A DNA stretch of 64,000 nt from Ramazzottius varieornatus (GCA_001949185.1 BDGG01000002.1:5756448-5820447); one strand, 5' to 3'. Numbered from the stretch's first letter, positions 39,200 through 52,894 are shown. Program-made: numbers and translations. The notes: a model not told the origin generated them from the sequence alone.

Positions 39200-39945
39200 G
39201 TCCAAGTCGCAACCGTGTTCCTGCCGAACCAAAAATACCTTAAGCTAGGAACGCCCGTCTGGTCAGGAAAATGAAGCTTACCTCGAGTAACGCTGAAAGT
39301 ACTTCCTGTGGAGGCTAGAAGGCTTCTGGCAGACTGGCACTAGTCCATTCAGCAGAATCTCTAATCTGACCAGAACAGGGAAGGGTCGATCCAACGACTG
39401 GATGGAATTGTCCCACGCTAAACTGGAGTGAAATATCCGCAATCCTCAACTCCAGGTGTCTGCACAAACAGATGAGAGATGCTTCGTGGACAGAAGTTGC
39501 ATCTTCTTCAGTTCTTCTTCCGGATCCCGTTTTCCCTTATAAAGCTTCCGAGTTCCGCAAACATAATCTCGAGACACAGGTGACAGACTGACAGGACTAC
39601 AGGTGGAAATCGGGATAACGGCAAGCCCCTGAGACGGATCCGCTGAGCTCTCAACTTTGCTGGGCAAGGTGGGCCGTCTCCCTTCGCGCATGGCACAGTC
39701 CGCTCCGCAAAAACGCTTGGCACCATTTTTACCGTTTGACCGGATGAGGGGTGCACCCCGAAAATCGAGTGACTTTGCAAAATCACTCATCTAATGTTTT
39801 TCAGCTTTTCGTCGGAAGTTCGAGCATTGAAATTGCAGTCTTTTCTCCATTCTTAGAGTGTAGTCGTCCTGTCTTTGTTATCTCCGTATACACACACCGG
39901 CCAGCGGTCTTCTAGGCGGAAAACGGATTCACAAGATCTGCAAAC

Positions 39946-41160
39946 ATGTTTATGTCACGGTCCGAATATGACAGAGGTATCAATACATACTCGCCTGAAG
40001 GTCGACTCTTCCAAGTTGAATATGCTATTGAAGCCATCAAGGTAAGTTTTGTGCGTTGTTTTGCGATGCGTAAAAAGTAAACGGGGGAGCCTGCTGCAAG
40101 AAGAGTTGGTCAGTCAAGTTAGGTTCCGTCGTTGTTGCGTCTTATTGTCAGTTCGGCGACGGTATCGACTGTCGACTGTCGAGCTTGCAGCCGGTTGACT
40201 GGCAGTGTTTGGGTTTTAGTTAGGATCGACAGCTATCGGGATCCAAACGAAAGAAGGATGTGTGCTCGCCGTGGAAAAGCGCATAACTTCTCCCTTGTTG
40301 GAAGCATCCAGTATCGAAAAGATTTGGAAGGTGGACGAGCACATTGGTAAGCTACAACGCCGATCTATGATCTCAGGATCTTTTGTCAGAGTGCTCATAT
40401 GAATCATATGATGCGTACTCTGCTTACTAAACTGTGGCTTTGACGACATTCTTTTGTTCTTATCAGGTTGTGCCGTCAGTGGATTGATCGCGGATGCCCG
40501 CACGCTCGTGGATAAGGCCCGAGTGGAAGCTCTTAGCCATTGGTTCAACTACAACGAAAGAATGAGTGTGGAAAGTGTGGCTCAAGCTGTATCAAATCTG
40601 GCCATAGGATATGGAACCACTCTGTCCCGACCGTTTGGTGTGGCCATGCTGTTCGCCGGGATTGACCACCGGAAGCCTCAGCTGTAAGATTATTGACATT
40701 TTGTCCGACCTCTCATGGTGGGACTGAAAGGAGGGTGTTGAATGATTAGACTTGTTCTCAGGTGGCATATGGATCCTTCGGGTACTTTCATTCAGTTTGA
40801 CGCCAAGGCAATCGGATCGGGCTCGGAAGGAGCGCAGCAGAGTCTGCAGGAAGTTTATAACAAGGATCTCACCATGCAAGAAGCTCTAAAGCACGCAACA
40901 ACCATTCTGAAGCAGGTTATGGAGGAGAAGATCAACTCCGTCAATATAGAGGTACGATACTGTGAAGTATATTATTCGCTGCACGCGATGAACACTGAAC
41001 TGTAATCTCCGGCCACATGAGCAACAGGACTCACTTGGCGGTTCGGTCAAGATGTCTCTAATTTTATTCCCTTCTGTAGATCGCAACTGTGACTCCGGAC
41101 AGAATGTACCATTTATATACGCCTGCCGAAGTCGAAGAAGTACTAAAGACTATTACGTGA
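39946..41160 (+). CDS. PSMA5: Proteasome subunit alpha type-5
   Basis: [32 protein letters not shown]|[26 protein letters not shown]...SRPFGVAML...[29 protein letters not shown]. Confidence 0.97.
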
Positions 41161-41508
41161 TCTTTATCTCGTTTGGCGATTTATTCGTGACAATGGTAGT
41201 AGCTTCATGCAGTAGTTGAATAACGAGTTTCCTGCAAACATTAAGTTTTTCCATAGTGTAGTGAAATCTTTTCCTGCTAGGTTCGTATTGTACAACGAAT
41301 TGCTTTCGCATTGGTCGGGAGCCACTTTTTCGATAAAGCTTCTTCCAAGGTACGATAGAGCTGCTGCGTTCAGTACACGTACCGGCGCAAAAAAAATGTG
41401 AAACTAAGGTCTGCAGCACTGGCTAATGATCGGAACTGTAAGAAACCACAAAGCACACCATGGATTGCATCGCTTTAGCTCACTACAGGGTCATAGTGAC
41501 AAACAGGC

Positions 41509-43650
41509 TTAATGTTGAGGAGGCGCAGCGGCGTTGACGAGAGGTTTCTGCTTCCTCAAGCGCTTCCAGTCTCCTGTGTTGAAATCCATGTGGAAATATT
41601 CCTCTACTACAGCGTCGACCTCTTGTCCATTGGACAACGTAGTGCGAGCAGGGTGTTCGCTCAGACGAATGGTAAGCACCGGTCCAAGATGAGGACAAGG
41701 GTTATCTGTTAAATGAAAAACAGTAAAACCTGTAAATCGTATATCTCGCTGATGCTCTCCTCTCCTGCAAAACAGCTTCGACTTCTACTGCCGGCGAGCA
41801 CTTGATAAAGCTCAGTACGTACCACGAACTCCAGCGATAAAGTTAATTATCAAAATCTTCTCGGGTCGAGTAACACGGTTCGCATTAGCGAATGTATCAG
41901 CGATAGCTTTCTGAACTTCTTTCTGCAACGAGATGATTTGCCATTATGGTCGCGTGTTCAGAGCAGTGCCTGTTGGATACGATGAAACAGAAACCTTACC
42001 GATAACTTAACGTTCCGGAAGTCAGCCAGGGGAATTGCATTGGAAAGCACAACGGGCGGCTGGGACGTTGCGGCGGAAACGGCTATCGGCAGGCGCGAAG
42101 GACCAGCTTCCGAAGTCGTGGAAACTGGCTCTCTTGGTGACGGTGGACGAGGTGGTACAGGTGCCGGAAGCCCACTAGACGACACAGGAGGAACTGAACA
42201 AGCAGACTCGACATGTTGCCGCTTGGGTTCTGGAACTTCTATTCGAGCCAGAGTTCAATGTTACACGGGAACGACTTGAAATGAAAATCAGCAGAAATAT
42301 AACACAAACCTGGAGAATTTTCTTGCCCGTGCAATTCACGATGTTCGACCGTCTCGGGGGGTTCCTCGTCCGTTGAATCCGTGTCATGCTCCGGCAGGAT
42401 ATCTGCATTTCCTTCAGGCCTGCCTTCATTTCCGGACGTGCTTACATGCATTGCTGCGTCGGCCTTCTTGCGTTTCTTTCGTTCTTCCGCGCTCAGGAGA
42501 TGGCGCGGTGTTTCAGCTGTGTCGATGAGTTTAACTCCCGGACGGACACCGCATTTGCTTGAAGCGGCCGAAGCACTTGCCTTTATGCGTGCGGACGTGC
42601 TGGCGACGTAGTTTTTCTTTGTGGCGGAAAGCTGTGAAGGAGCTAAGCACAACAATGGCATTAGGTCCACAAACTGTTCACCTAAAAATGACTCGAAGGT
42701 GACTTACTTATGATAGAGTCGATTGGCTTGAAACGATCTCGGTAACGCATCGGCAATGTACTGTCAACTTCTGTCTTTGATTTAGCAAGAGGAAGACTCG
42801 CTGCAACAAACGGACGTTAGTAAGTTCTGTGCTTAAGTGAAAGTTGCGGACTTCACCAACCTCTAGTTAAGGCCTCTGCTCGTAAAATAGCGGATTTCGG
42901 TTTCTGTTTCAGAGTTAAATGTTTCGGCGGTGGCGCGATGTTGCCGTACGTGGCGGTGAACGCAGTTTTTGTCATGAACTCGGCCTCATCGGGAACGAAG
43001 AGAAGACCATTAGAGTTCTCGCCCAATTTCATCAAGTGCCGTTTCAGATCTGCTTTCAGTCCTTCGAAGACTTCCGCGTTGTCCAGAAGCGCGGTGTTGA
43101 ATTCTCCTTTCAACGGGTAAAATTTGAGAAACTCCGCGGTCAAGCTCACCCTTCAAAGCATATACCGAACATTACATTTTGCTATAAATGGACACGGTAC
43201 AGCTGTGACCGAGCTGTGAAATCGTTTTTCTTTGTCCGGAACTCAACCGGAAGTCACAGTACGGGGCTTTCGCATACACCTGCAGCTGATCGTACTAACC
43301 ACTGATCCGTGTCCTTGATCCCCAACTCTATGATGTCCTCCAGTTCGGGGCGTAGCTGTTCACCGAAGAAAGGAGAGCTGGTTTATAGCACACCAATCAC
43401 AAACTCGTACTGGACTTCAAAGACTTGTTGCATATAAGCTTACCGTTTCGAGATTTCTTCTAACGATGTGCAGGATCGACAGGAGTAACTTGATCTTCAG
43501 CGACGGTTGCAACTCCAGGAAGCAATCATATATTCCTTTCAGAACGTCCTTGTTCAGGTGGGGAGCGATGTTGCCGTCTACCCATGTCCTTTCCGATGAT
43601 CCCAGCTTATTCAAAAGCCACTGAGGGATATCCGGGATGGTAGCCGACAT
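41509..43650 (-). CDS. NELFA: Negative elongation factor A
   Basis: WLLNKLGSSERTW...IYDCFLELQPSLKIKLLLSILHI...DTDQWVSLTAEFLKFYP...KHLTLKQKPKSAILRAE...GVKLID...FANANRVTRPEKILIINFIAG...C-terminal MDFNTGDWKRLRK. Confidence 0.92.
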
Positions 43651-43827
43651 TTCAGCGATTACAGACAAGTATCAAAGGCCACTCAAACTCCGCTACGCGA
43701 ACGATAATGAGAGGTCCCGCACTCTCATGATCGTCCGGACGTTGAGAAACGTTCAATCGAGTGAAGAGGAACAACACCAGCGGGAGATTAGATGCTCAAA
43801 GGACTGTGGACAACGTTAACCTTCCGC

Positions 43828-44725
43828 CAGTGTTGTTCCGATTATTGTAATACATAATTGAAAATGGCTAATTTTGGCCTTTTTGGAATTCCGATACAAC
43901 AATTCAAATTGAGAAACTTCTGCCAACGTATTTGGATATTAATCGGATTTCAAATTCAAATCGGAAATGATCAGAGCATCTTAATTCGTAATTCGAATCA
44001 CACAATGGCTTAATAGAAATAATCACAATGGGAATAAGACACTACGGTCGATTTGAACTGGTTACTGGCACATTATTACCGCAAAATCACAAAAGATTAA
44101 GTTTGCCAGTTAAATCTACAGCTGTCAGCATCAAGCCCGTAGTGCAATCCACCAATTTGTCCCTAGATTTAGCGCATCCAGAGACCAGCACATCGGGGCT
44201 GTTTTTAGCAGTTTGCCTCTCACGACTGTGTATCATTGATCGTTGATTTGATGAGGAGATAGATTCGCAAAGTATCGCCGAAACTTGGAAGTGAAGGCAT
44301 AGAATTTTCGAGTGATTTTGTGAACGCTCAGAATTTATCGCTGATCTATCATTTTAAGACTGGCATCTCAATCATCGTCAAGAATCAGAACACGGAAAGC
44401 AGAAGTCCGATGGCAGAAGATGGGTAAGAAACTTTCTTGGGCACATTACCCAAAGAACCGGTCGTAGACTTGAATCCTCCGAGAATTCCGCGCCTTCACC
44501 GTCACCCACTGCAATGAGCTGAGCATTTCTGTTGGAACTCAAAACGGCGGAGTCCCAAATGTAAAGACGTCTGCAGGGTGAAGGAAGAAGGTCATACCAT
44601 ATTGAAAATTGAAATTACCAAACGACGTCGTAATAATTCTAATAATTCGGGGTACCGTTACGGGAAGAATTTCGATTGATCGTAACTGTGATTCAAACTG
44701 CAAATGTCGTATCGGAACAACACTG
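43828..44725. mobile_element. Non-autonomous DNA transposon (hAT-like TIRs)
   Basis: Perfect 15-bp terminal inverted repeat cagtgttgttccgat / atcggaacaacactg, AT-rich subterminal regions, no coding capacity; no TSD visible. Confidence 0.6.
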
Positions 44726-45217
44726 CTCATTTGTACCGTGTAGAGGGCTCACTCATAGTGAACGCCAGTTGCCTGCGAGGAACTGCCCTCAAAAAAGTCG
44801 AAGAATCATCTCGAGTATGCACAAAGGGACTCTGAATCGAGAGGATCATGATACCATCATCGGAGGAAGCTCGAGCTCCAGACAGCACGCCATTGCTCAG
44901 GATAATTCCCCGAGTTTTTGAGGAATTTCACCGAGTTTCCGATGAGTCATGAGTCGTGGTTTCGGCTGTGATCAATCAATTCTGTACTAATCATTCAAAG
45001 GTGGTGGCGTATCGATTAATACGGAATTGATAACCCTGTTGATAGTACCACTTGATGGCACTACACGATCAACATCCAACAGGGTATAATTTTAAACTAT
45101 GCCTGTACGTACAACAGATGACTAATGATGGAGACCACTTTCGGTGCCAAGAAATTTCTGTTCAATCTTCCGCCATAAGCCTAAGCTTGCCATAGTTTAT
45201 CCCAATTTAATAGCTTT

Positions 45218-45925
45218 AGAATGCCTGAACAGCTTTCTACGATGACTCAAGCGGTCTATTATTCATTCTGAAGCTCCGCTGGAAGGCCAGCCTTTTGGGC
45301 GGAGCTCTCGCAAGAATGCCTTAACAGCTTTCTACGATGATTCAAGCGTAGTGCTGGCAAAAATACGATAAGATTCGATACGATATTTTTCGATAAAGTA
45401 GTGCCGGATATTTTATCGCGGTCTTCGATATTCGTTCAGTATCGATATTTCGATACGATATTTTTCCACTACCGTATTTTCGCAACATCGTATCATATCG
45501 CAGCAATATATCGATATTTCTACAATTTTAATTTTTGTCCGAGTTCCACTGGTCCGGGCTCAAGAACTCAAGAAGCCGATTTCTACATTGAGTGTTAGTA
45601 AGATCGGAAGCGTCGGATGCAGCAGAAACGTGACTATACCAAGAGTTCGAACACATGGAAACCTGGACAAAATTAGTACCAAAATTAGTACCGATTTTTT
45701 TTAAGTTTTGGTCCGTGGATCCGCGCGGCAGTCTTCGGCTTCCTGCTGCATGCTGTGCTGTGCTGTACAAATTTCGTCTATTTCCGTACTGCGGCTGTGC
45801 TGCTGCACAGCACAGCTGCAGTGCAATGCAGCGCATGCGGCCAGATTCCGTGCTCTAATCTCAAGCGGTCTGATTTAGTCTAAAGCTCCGCTGGAAGACC
45901 AGCCTTCTGGGCGGAGCTCTCGCAA
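45218..45925. repeat. 95-bp tandem duplication; second copy interrupted by an insertion
   Basis: Unit agaatgcc...gagctctcgca starts at 45218 and again at 45313; the second copy breaks at 45348 and resumes at 45861. Confidence 0.85.
45349..45860. mobile_element. ~512-bp MITE-like insertion
   Basis: Flanked by direct repeat tcaagcg (45342-45348, 45861-45867); ends tagtgc.../...gctcta; cgata-rich left part and gctg/gcag-rich right part. Confidence 0.65.
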
Positions 45926-46114
45926 AAGGATCGTGCTGTCGGGAGCTCGAGCTTCCTCTGGTGAGTTTGCGATTCAGAGTCCCTTTGGGTATTACTACTA
46001 TGATGTCACGATATTCCTGTGCGTGTTGAATTGTGATAGTGCGCTTCGGCTCGCAATCTCTATTTTATTTCCACCTGTCAATTTCATAATTTTCATTTCA
46101 CCTGTGTTCAGCGT

Positions 46115-46195
46115 CACTTATGAGCTGCTAAACCGAGCAGCCAAGTATTGATTGTCAATCAACTCAGCAGTGCTCGGTTTAGCAGCTCATAAGTG
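46115..46195. mobile_element. 81-bp fold-back mini-MITE with 8-bp TSD
   Basis: Perfect 25-bp TIR cacttatgagctgctaaaccgagca / tgctcggtttagcagctcataagtg; TSD ttcagcgt at 46107-46114 and 46196-46203. Confidence 0.88.
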
Positions 46196-46647
46196 TTCAG
46201 CGTTGGACGGGTGACTTACCCAGCGAAATACCGAAAACAGGCAACGGCTTCCCAACATCAAGTCAAAGCCCTACGGAAACGCGGCAATCAATCAATCAGC
46301 ATTTTTCAGGCTTACAACACCGTTTCGAATGTCGTTCGAGCACCGGGCCTCTTGATCAGTCCAGACAGGATTTACGCACCGATGGCCAAAATGCCACCTT
46401 TAGCCTCTCTTGGCAGGTCGTACGAGACAACTGAGTCATTTTTGATATTGGGCTGGGTAAATCATCCCTCCATCGCAGCCTGTGTTGACTGTCGACGAAT
46501 CGAAAGAAATCTTTATCCCTTGCAGATCCCTCGAGCTCAGTTCTCGAGGAACTTGTCTTGTACTACGGTCTACGGAGAGGATATTAAAGGATACACCTGG
46601 GAGTCGACTCAGCTATTGCTTTCGGGCACATCGGGTCGGACTTCACG

Positions 46648-47287
46648 ATGGAAGCGCAACTGGAGAAGAATATCAGAGAGGTGTAAGTGTATAACGTAGT
46701 GTACACACTACAGCTGCTGGAGGTATCTTGGAGGGACTGTCCATTATCTGTAAGCTGCTGTACTTGCAGAATGAACCAGCCTCAAGTGACTGGAGCTATG
46801 TGCATCGACAGGAAAGGCCTTTGTCTAACAGGTACCTAAGCGTCTGTTTGATTGAATTCGGTCGCTGATGCTGAGATGCTCAGGGCTCTAAGTAGCTACG
46901 AGTACATGGCTGTTCTATGTTTATGGTGCCTCTTTTCTTCCAGCAAAAGGGAACGCCGATTCTAGTGCAGCAGGATTTCTGAGCGAGATATCGAAATTTG
47001 CCAACCAGATTGTGTCCTCGGATGGGGACTCCCCAGTTGTCGCTCTCGAATACTCGAAATCGTAAGTCTACGAAGAATGACTTCCGGCCGAAGTGTAGGA
47101 ACAAAGTTTGCTCGTATCGAACATTTATATAATAGTTTGGATATTCTTTCTGAAAATTATGATGGGAAGCGCTGCAAATGCCAGATGTTCTTCGAATCAA
47201 CTGTTGGAATTTTAATGCAGGCAGATTCTACTGAAAGGAGGCGAGAGCGTCTGTACCGTTATTTACAAAGAGAAACAACAGAAATAA
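46648..47287 (+). CDS. LAMTOR5: Ragulator complex protein LAMTOR5
   Basis: MEAQLEKNIREV|MNQPQVTGAMCIDRKGLCLT|AKGNADSSAAGFLSEI...SPVVALEYSKS|QILLKGGESVCTVIYKEKQQK*. Confidence 0.88.
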
Positions 47288-47383
47288 TGAAGTTATCAAA
47301 GAACAACCAGATCATCAAAGAAGAGGGAATTAAACGTGATGCAAGAGATCGTTGATTCAGGGGAAAGGATTTTGAGAAATAAT

Positions 47384-50300
47384 TTACATAAACAATTTCG
47401 GCTCGTATTGTGATTTTTTGCTGAAGTCTGTCTTGGAGCCCCATGCGCTGGCGACCATGTCCGCTGCTTTCTCGCCTATCATTACTGTTGGCGCGTGGGT
47501 GTTTCCTAGTAGGCAAAAGATATTCCCACACTTTGTAGAATTTTACCAATGAAACTTTCTCTTCTGCGATACATTCGCCCAATACATACCACTTATGATA
47601 GTCGGTATAATTGAGGCATCCGCTACGCGGAGCTTCGAGATACCTTTCACTCTGAAATAGATTCGCGTTGAATAAATTCTGACTTCCTGGTTTGGTCTCT
47701 TAAAGTATCCACAAGTGATTTAGGTCCTTACCGTAACGATGAATCAACTACGGTACTTGCGTCGCTAGACTTGCCCATCTTGCAAGTTCCCACAGGATGA
47801 TAGGCGGAACGAGCAGCATAACGAATAATGCATTCATAGTACTCTTCTGAACCAGCAGGAAGAGCAGCGCATACGGGGAAGGACGGGAAGTTGGGCGTGA
47901 TGCCGACTTTCTTGAACTCTTCGGATTGTAGGAAGAAGTCTGCCACGAACTTGAAACCTTCAGTATGAAAACACCGCTATAGCTTCAAGAATCATACCGC
48001 ACGTCCAGGAACATTTCAGAATGCTTGTCCTAGTATGTCACAAGAGTCCTTGGATCTACGTACCTTTCGCGTAGACTTTGACGTCCTCTTCTTCAGATAG
48101 GAATCTGGGATCTATCACCGGCGGACTCATTGGATTGTTGTCCGCTAGCTTTACCGTGCCTCTGGATTTGGGATGAAGGAAAAGCGGGGATATTATGAAA
48201 CCGGGTTTGCCCATGTTCTCTGGCTTTGTGTAATATTGTGGGATAGTCTACAGCAGAATAATGTTACAACTATAAGACTTTTCTGATCTGTTCACCTTCC
48301 TCCTAACTTCCTTATTAGTGTTTTTCTCCACAACACTTACCTCTGGCGCCATATTTTGCCTGAGAATCAATTCTTCGGGAGGATACATCGCGGTGTTTAC
48401 GATAGCTGTCTGGATGTGTGGGAATGTGGGAGGAGTTCCATATTGAGCTGCCAATTCTGGAATGTGGAAGAATCCAAAGCTGACTACACTCGATGCCGAG
48501 AAAAGACCTGCAAATTATTACGGCAAGTTAGCAATCCGATTAGTTTGACCTGTAAAACTGAAATAATGCTTTATTTCCTTCAGAGCTGATGGATGCCGGA
48601 CTTTTTTGTACCTGTTCCATCCTTCGCGTAGCGGGAAATCTGCTTTGGATCAGTAAGCTCGGCCATGTTCAAACCGACCTCAGTGTCGTTGGTGTTGAAG
48701 ACCATTTGGACCTGGAGGTGGTCTTGCAAGTTTTCACCGACCGGTAGGTCGCTGAGTGGCTCGATCTGCAAGAACACTCAAAGTGAGTTTGTATGGCTGT
48801 TACTGAGCTATCGTTCCAGATTGCTGGAGAGGTACTGACGAACCTTGTTTTTTCGTAGCTCTGCTGCGGAACCGATACCACTGAGCATCAAAATCTTCGG
48901 AGAGTTTATGGCTCCAGCTGAGAGGATGACTTCCTTGCGAACACTGACCACTCTGGACACCAGCGGACTCACACCATCAACCACCATAAACTCAACGCCG
49001 GTCGTCTGCTTGGTACGTGGGTCGATGACTATTCGGGCGACTTGAGCGTTGGAGATGACGTGGAGATTACGTCTGTGTTTTTGTTTGTCAGGACGGAGAT
49101 AGGCACTGGCTGCTGACCACCGATATCCATGGAAGGCGTTAACTAGAGCAGAATGACGGCTATGGAAAACCCTCTACCTTGGTAAGTACGGTAAAGTACC
49201 CCTGAATATTCAAACTCATACTTTGTGTTGGGGCGAACCCCAGCTGGCTCTCCCCATTACTGTCCGGGTTGTACAGGTTCTTGGCTTTGGCCGCGCGGAA
49301 CAGCAGGTCAGCCAGATAAATCTCCTGATTAGGATTGTCCTCGATGCGAAGTGGCCCGTTAGAGCCATGGAGACCTGCCAAATAGGCCGACGTGGTAACG
49401 TAATAGCGATATGACTATGGCGTAATTACGTGCTGCGGTAAAGTTCCACCGGCATAATCCTACCTGTTTTCACCAGATCTGGGTTCTGATTATTCTCTGA
49501 TTTCAGGAAGTACGGAAAAACGTCCTTCCAACTCCATCCGTCGGCTCCCTCCTTAGCCCACATATCGTAATCTTCGCGGTTCCCACGAATGTAGAGCAGA
49601 TGGTTGATGGAACTGGTGCCGCCCACCACCCGACCAGCTGACATGAGATTTTGCTACATCATGAAACAACCAGACAAGTAAGCTAAACTGGTTGATGTTA
49701 ACTTAGGTAACGTGATATAGAGTTGATACGATCTAGATTTGATTACATTACTTAGCGGTCAAGGCCAAGCTCGTTATATGTGTCTTCTCACCCTGCCATT
49801 CAGGCCCGCGCCACTCCACTTTTGGGGGACCGTCGTGAAGTTCCAGTCCAGGAAAGTGGCTTGGGGATCGGCTATATGGACAAGCGGGAACGTGTGGGAA
49901 AAAGACTCGGGAGGCCCAGCCTCTAACAGCAAAATCTTCCAGTGCTTGTGCTCAGCCAGGCGACTAGCCACAACACTTCCGGCGGTTCCGGCTCCAACTG
50001 CAAATACTAGAAAGATGGTAACTCCATTAAAAATCAGTAAGAGCGTTTATGAAGCAACAATGCCCGCAGTCTATGATTAGTATCCCGGATGTGAAATACG
50101 ATGGGGCAGTATTGGTATGCTAATTGCATGTTTGGTCAATACTTCGCTGGGCGGCAAAACATTGTGACAAAGATGTTTGCTGTGGGTAGCGCAATAAGAA
50201 AAGAATTAAATTTTATGGTATCAAATCGATACTCTAAGATCAATTTCGAAATTCGCCCAAACTTTATCTTAACATGTAGAAGATCCAGAGGAAAGCAGTT

Positions 50301-50641
50301 TTTATTTTCTTGCAGTTTAGTGGGATGCAGTTTAGCATGGAAACGCGTTTTGGGGACCTGAGAAACAAACTTGACCGATTTTCGAACGGCAGACTTTGCG
50401 GTGTTGTTTGGTCGAAGCGTGCGTCACTTGATAAAGGAGTTATGCAGTTTGTTCGGGTCCATGGTATTCATTCCAACTTACCGATGATAAAGTCGTATTC
50501 TTTTGTTGCATTCCCAGGTATCGTAGTGAGAAACTGGGCGGCAGGGGTTGTTGGAGCCTTCAGCTGCGTGGTCCAGTACTGAACTCTGGCCATGAATAGC
50601 GCAGCCAGTCCTAGTAATGCTTCGAACGGGATGGGGAACAT
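47384..50641 (-). CDS. GMC oxidoreductase (glucose dehydrogenase-like)
   Basis: EYDFIIVGAGTAGSVVASRL FAD motif, GRVVGGTSSIN, KEVILSAGAINSPKILMLSGIG, VGENLQDH, YHPVGTCKMG, LRVADASIIP, GNTHAPTVMIGEKAAD. Confidence 0.95.
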
Positions 50642-52894
50642 TATGGCGAGCCGGAAGGTGGGCGTGGACCGGGTGGGAACAGCGAGAGATCAAGAACGGT
50701 CCTGTCCGATCGCGAGTCCGTCCTCAAGAGCACACACTGAGGCCCTCATACACAATAACCGAGAAGGGCGACCAGCGGACTGTAGCACACAAAAGAGCAA
50801 GTAAGCCGAGGAAGGTTGCGTCTTCCTGCTAGACGCCGCCGTCGCTGCAGACAAACACTGGGTAAGCAGACGATAACTTTCCTTGATTAGAAAGCTATGA
50901 GAGATACATCCGTATTCCTTTAGCCCCTTATATATTATGTCGTTTTCTGGTGTAATTATAGCCTGCTGTTTGCCGTGTATGACGAAGAGGAGCCAATTGG
51001 CTGATGGCGGCTCGGACTGGGCAGGGATGGACGGATGGCACTAGTCGATCAAGGCCAGTCATAACAGCGCGTATTGCACTACGTGGCTGGCCTCCGTAGT
51101 CGTCCATTACAGACACCTACCTAACAAACTTAACAGCACCTCTCCACTCCGTCAAGTAAGAAAAAGTCTGCTGCCGGCACGATGCAATCACGAATATTGT
51201 CCCGCGGTCCGAAACGAACCAACTAGGTAAAATACGACGTACCCGTAGATGCACAGACGAGCAGTCAAGCCGGCTTGCTAATTACAGCCGTTTTCACTGA
51301 GCGTTTCTTCCTATTGAATAGGCTAATTATACTGCACCAAAGAACACAAAGAGCACTCTCATGTGACGCGACGGGCGGGCGGCCATGGGTCGGCCCAGGA
51401 CGAGCCGGCGAGCATTCCATTTTGCATGAGCTACTCGCCACTTAACTGGCCTACCTGACCTTGAATTCTATCATGCACTGCCATTTTGCTCTAGTGGGTT
51501 TTTCTGCAGATTAGCATCGCATCTAGATCCAAAACAACCTTTGGTTCGCCATAGTCCTCGACGTCCACTGAACGGACTGGACAAACGTCAACGTCTTATA
51601 TGGATACACATAAAGAATAAAAGATAAAAGTTCAAGAACTATTTCTGCAGAACCGCGATGGCATTCGGATAATTTTGTGAACTTGAATAAATCTTTTCTG
51701 AAATTGGCTGTACCTCAATCTCATGAAGACCGCCTGTTCCAATTTTTTATATCCGCCCTGAACAGCGCACCTCACTAATGGTTCTCCGGTTGGGTAGTCC
51801 CTATCGATCAGGTTCCCCGTTTTACTCAGAACTTTGGAAGTTAGTGCGACTCTGATTTTTCCATATTTTTCCATATGGAAGCTGGCGCTCTTTGTTACGG
51901 AAACTTTGTATTCGATTGTAAGGCTGGGTACTGTAAAGCCGGAGAAAGACACTTGTGTGTTGAAGTACTTCAAAGCCGGAACAGCAGGTGTACACCCCGC
52001 AGGAGTAGCGAATCTGTATTTTCAAAAACGTGATTACTAGTATTGTTCGAGTGCTACAGATGATGACACCAATTATCGCGGAGAAGACAACAGATCTATC
52101 AGGCAACAGGTTTTATTAATAGAAAGTTTCACCTTGGTGTTGGTAAGAGCGGTTAGTCAAAGGCAGACGAACAGTTATAAGTATGGCGACAATCAACTTG
52201 GACGGAAATGTGAGCCAAGAAGGGCAGCTTCATTGCATTTAGATGGGAAACTCTAGCTAATGCGAGTGCCAGCACACAAAACGCGCGTCACAATCTGGGT
52301 CAACTTATGCGCTAGACAAAGCGGCTGCACGCAGGCAAGATAGCGCTTATCACTCCTTCCCAGAAGCTTGCACGATTTACAGGGGAAAAACGTGCGACAC
52401 TTTTTGTCACACTACTTATTACGTGTCCGGACAGAGAAAAACACTAAACAATAGAAAAAAGTCAGTGAGTTATGGTTCACAGATCGATCCAGGCGGAAAA
52501 GTGGCCTTTGCCTCCAGACTTTGTGTTTTCCGCGTGTCGCACGGCGCTGAATTGTCGCTCAGGGCTTCGTCTTTCGGGGACCTTCGCCACCGGAGAAGGT
52601 TGGCGCACGGGGGTTTGCCGAGCCGAAAACCCATTGCGCGAACTGGGACGCACTTTTTCTCGTTTCGACTCATCCGCTTGCACAATCATATTTGTTTCCA
52701 CCGGAATTCTTTGACTATGTTGAGTATTAGCATTCAGGGAACTTGGTGATTTTTTGTTCACAGGACTTGAACGTCTACTCGGCCTGGCGAACCCGTCTGC
52801 AAGTACAAATAAAAAATTTATTCATAGACTTGAATTTATGATTTTGGCTTTTTTGTTGTTTTTCGTGGTTTTTGCAATTTTGTTTCCTTGATTA

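Noticed and set aside
52423-52761. Cluster of overlapping ORFs on both strands
   Set aside because: No homology or coherent splice model
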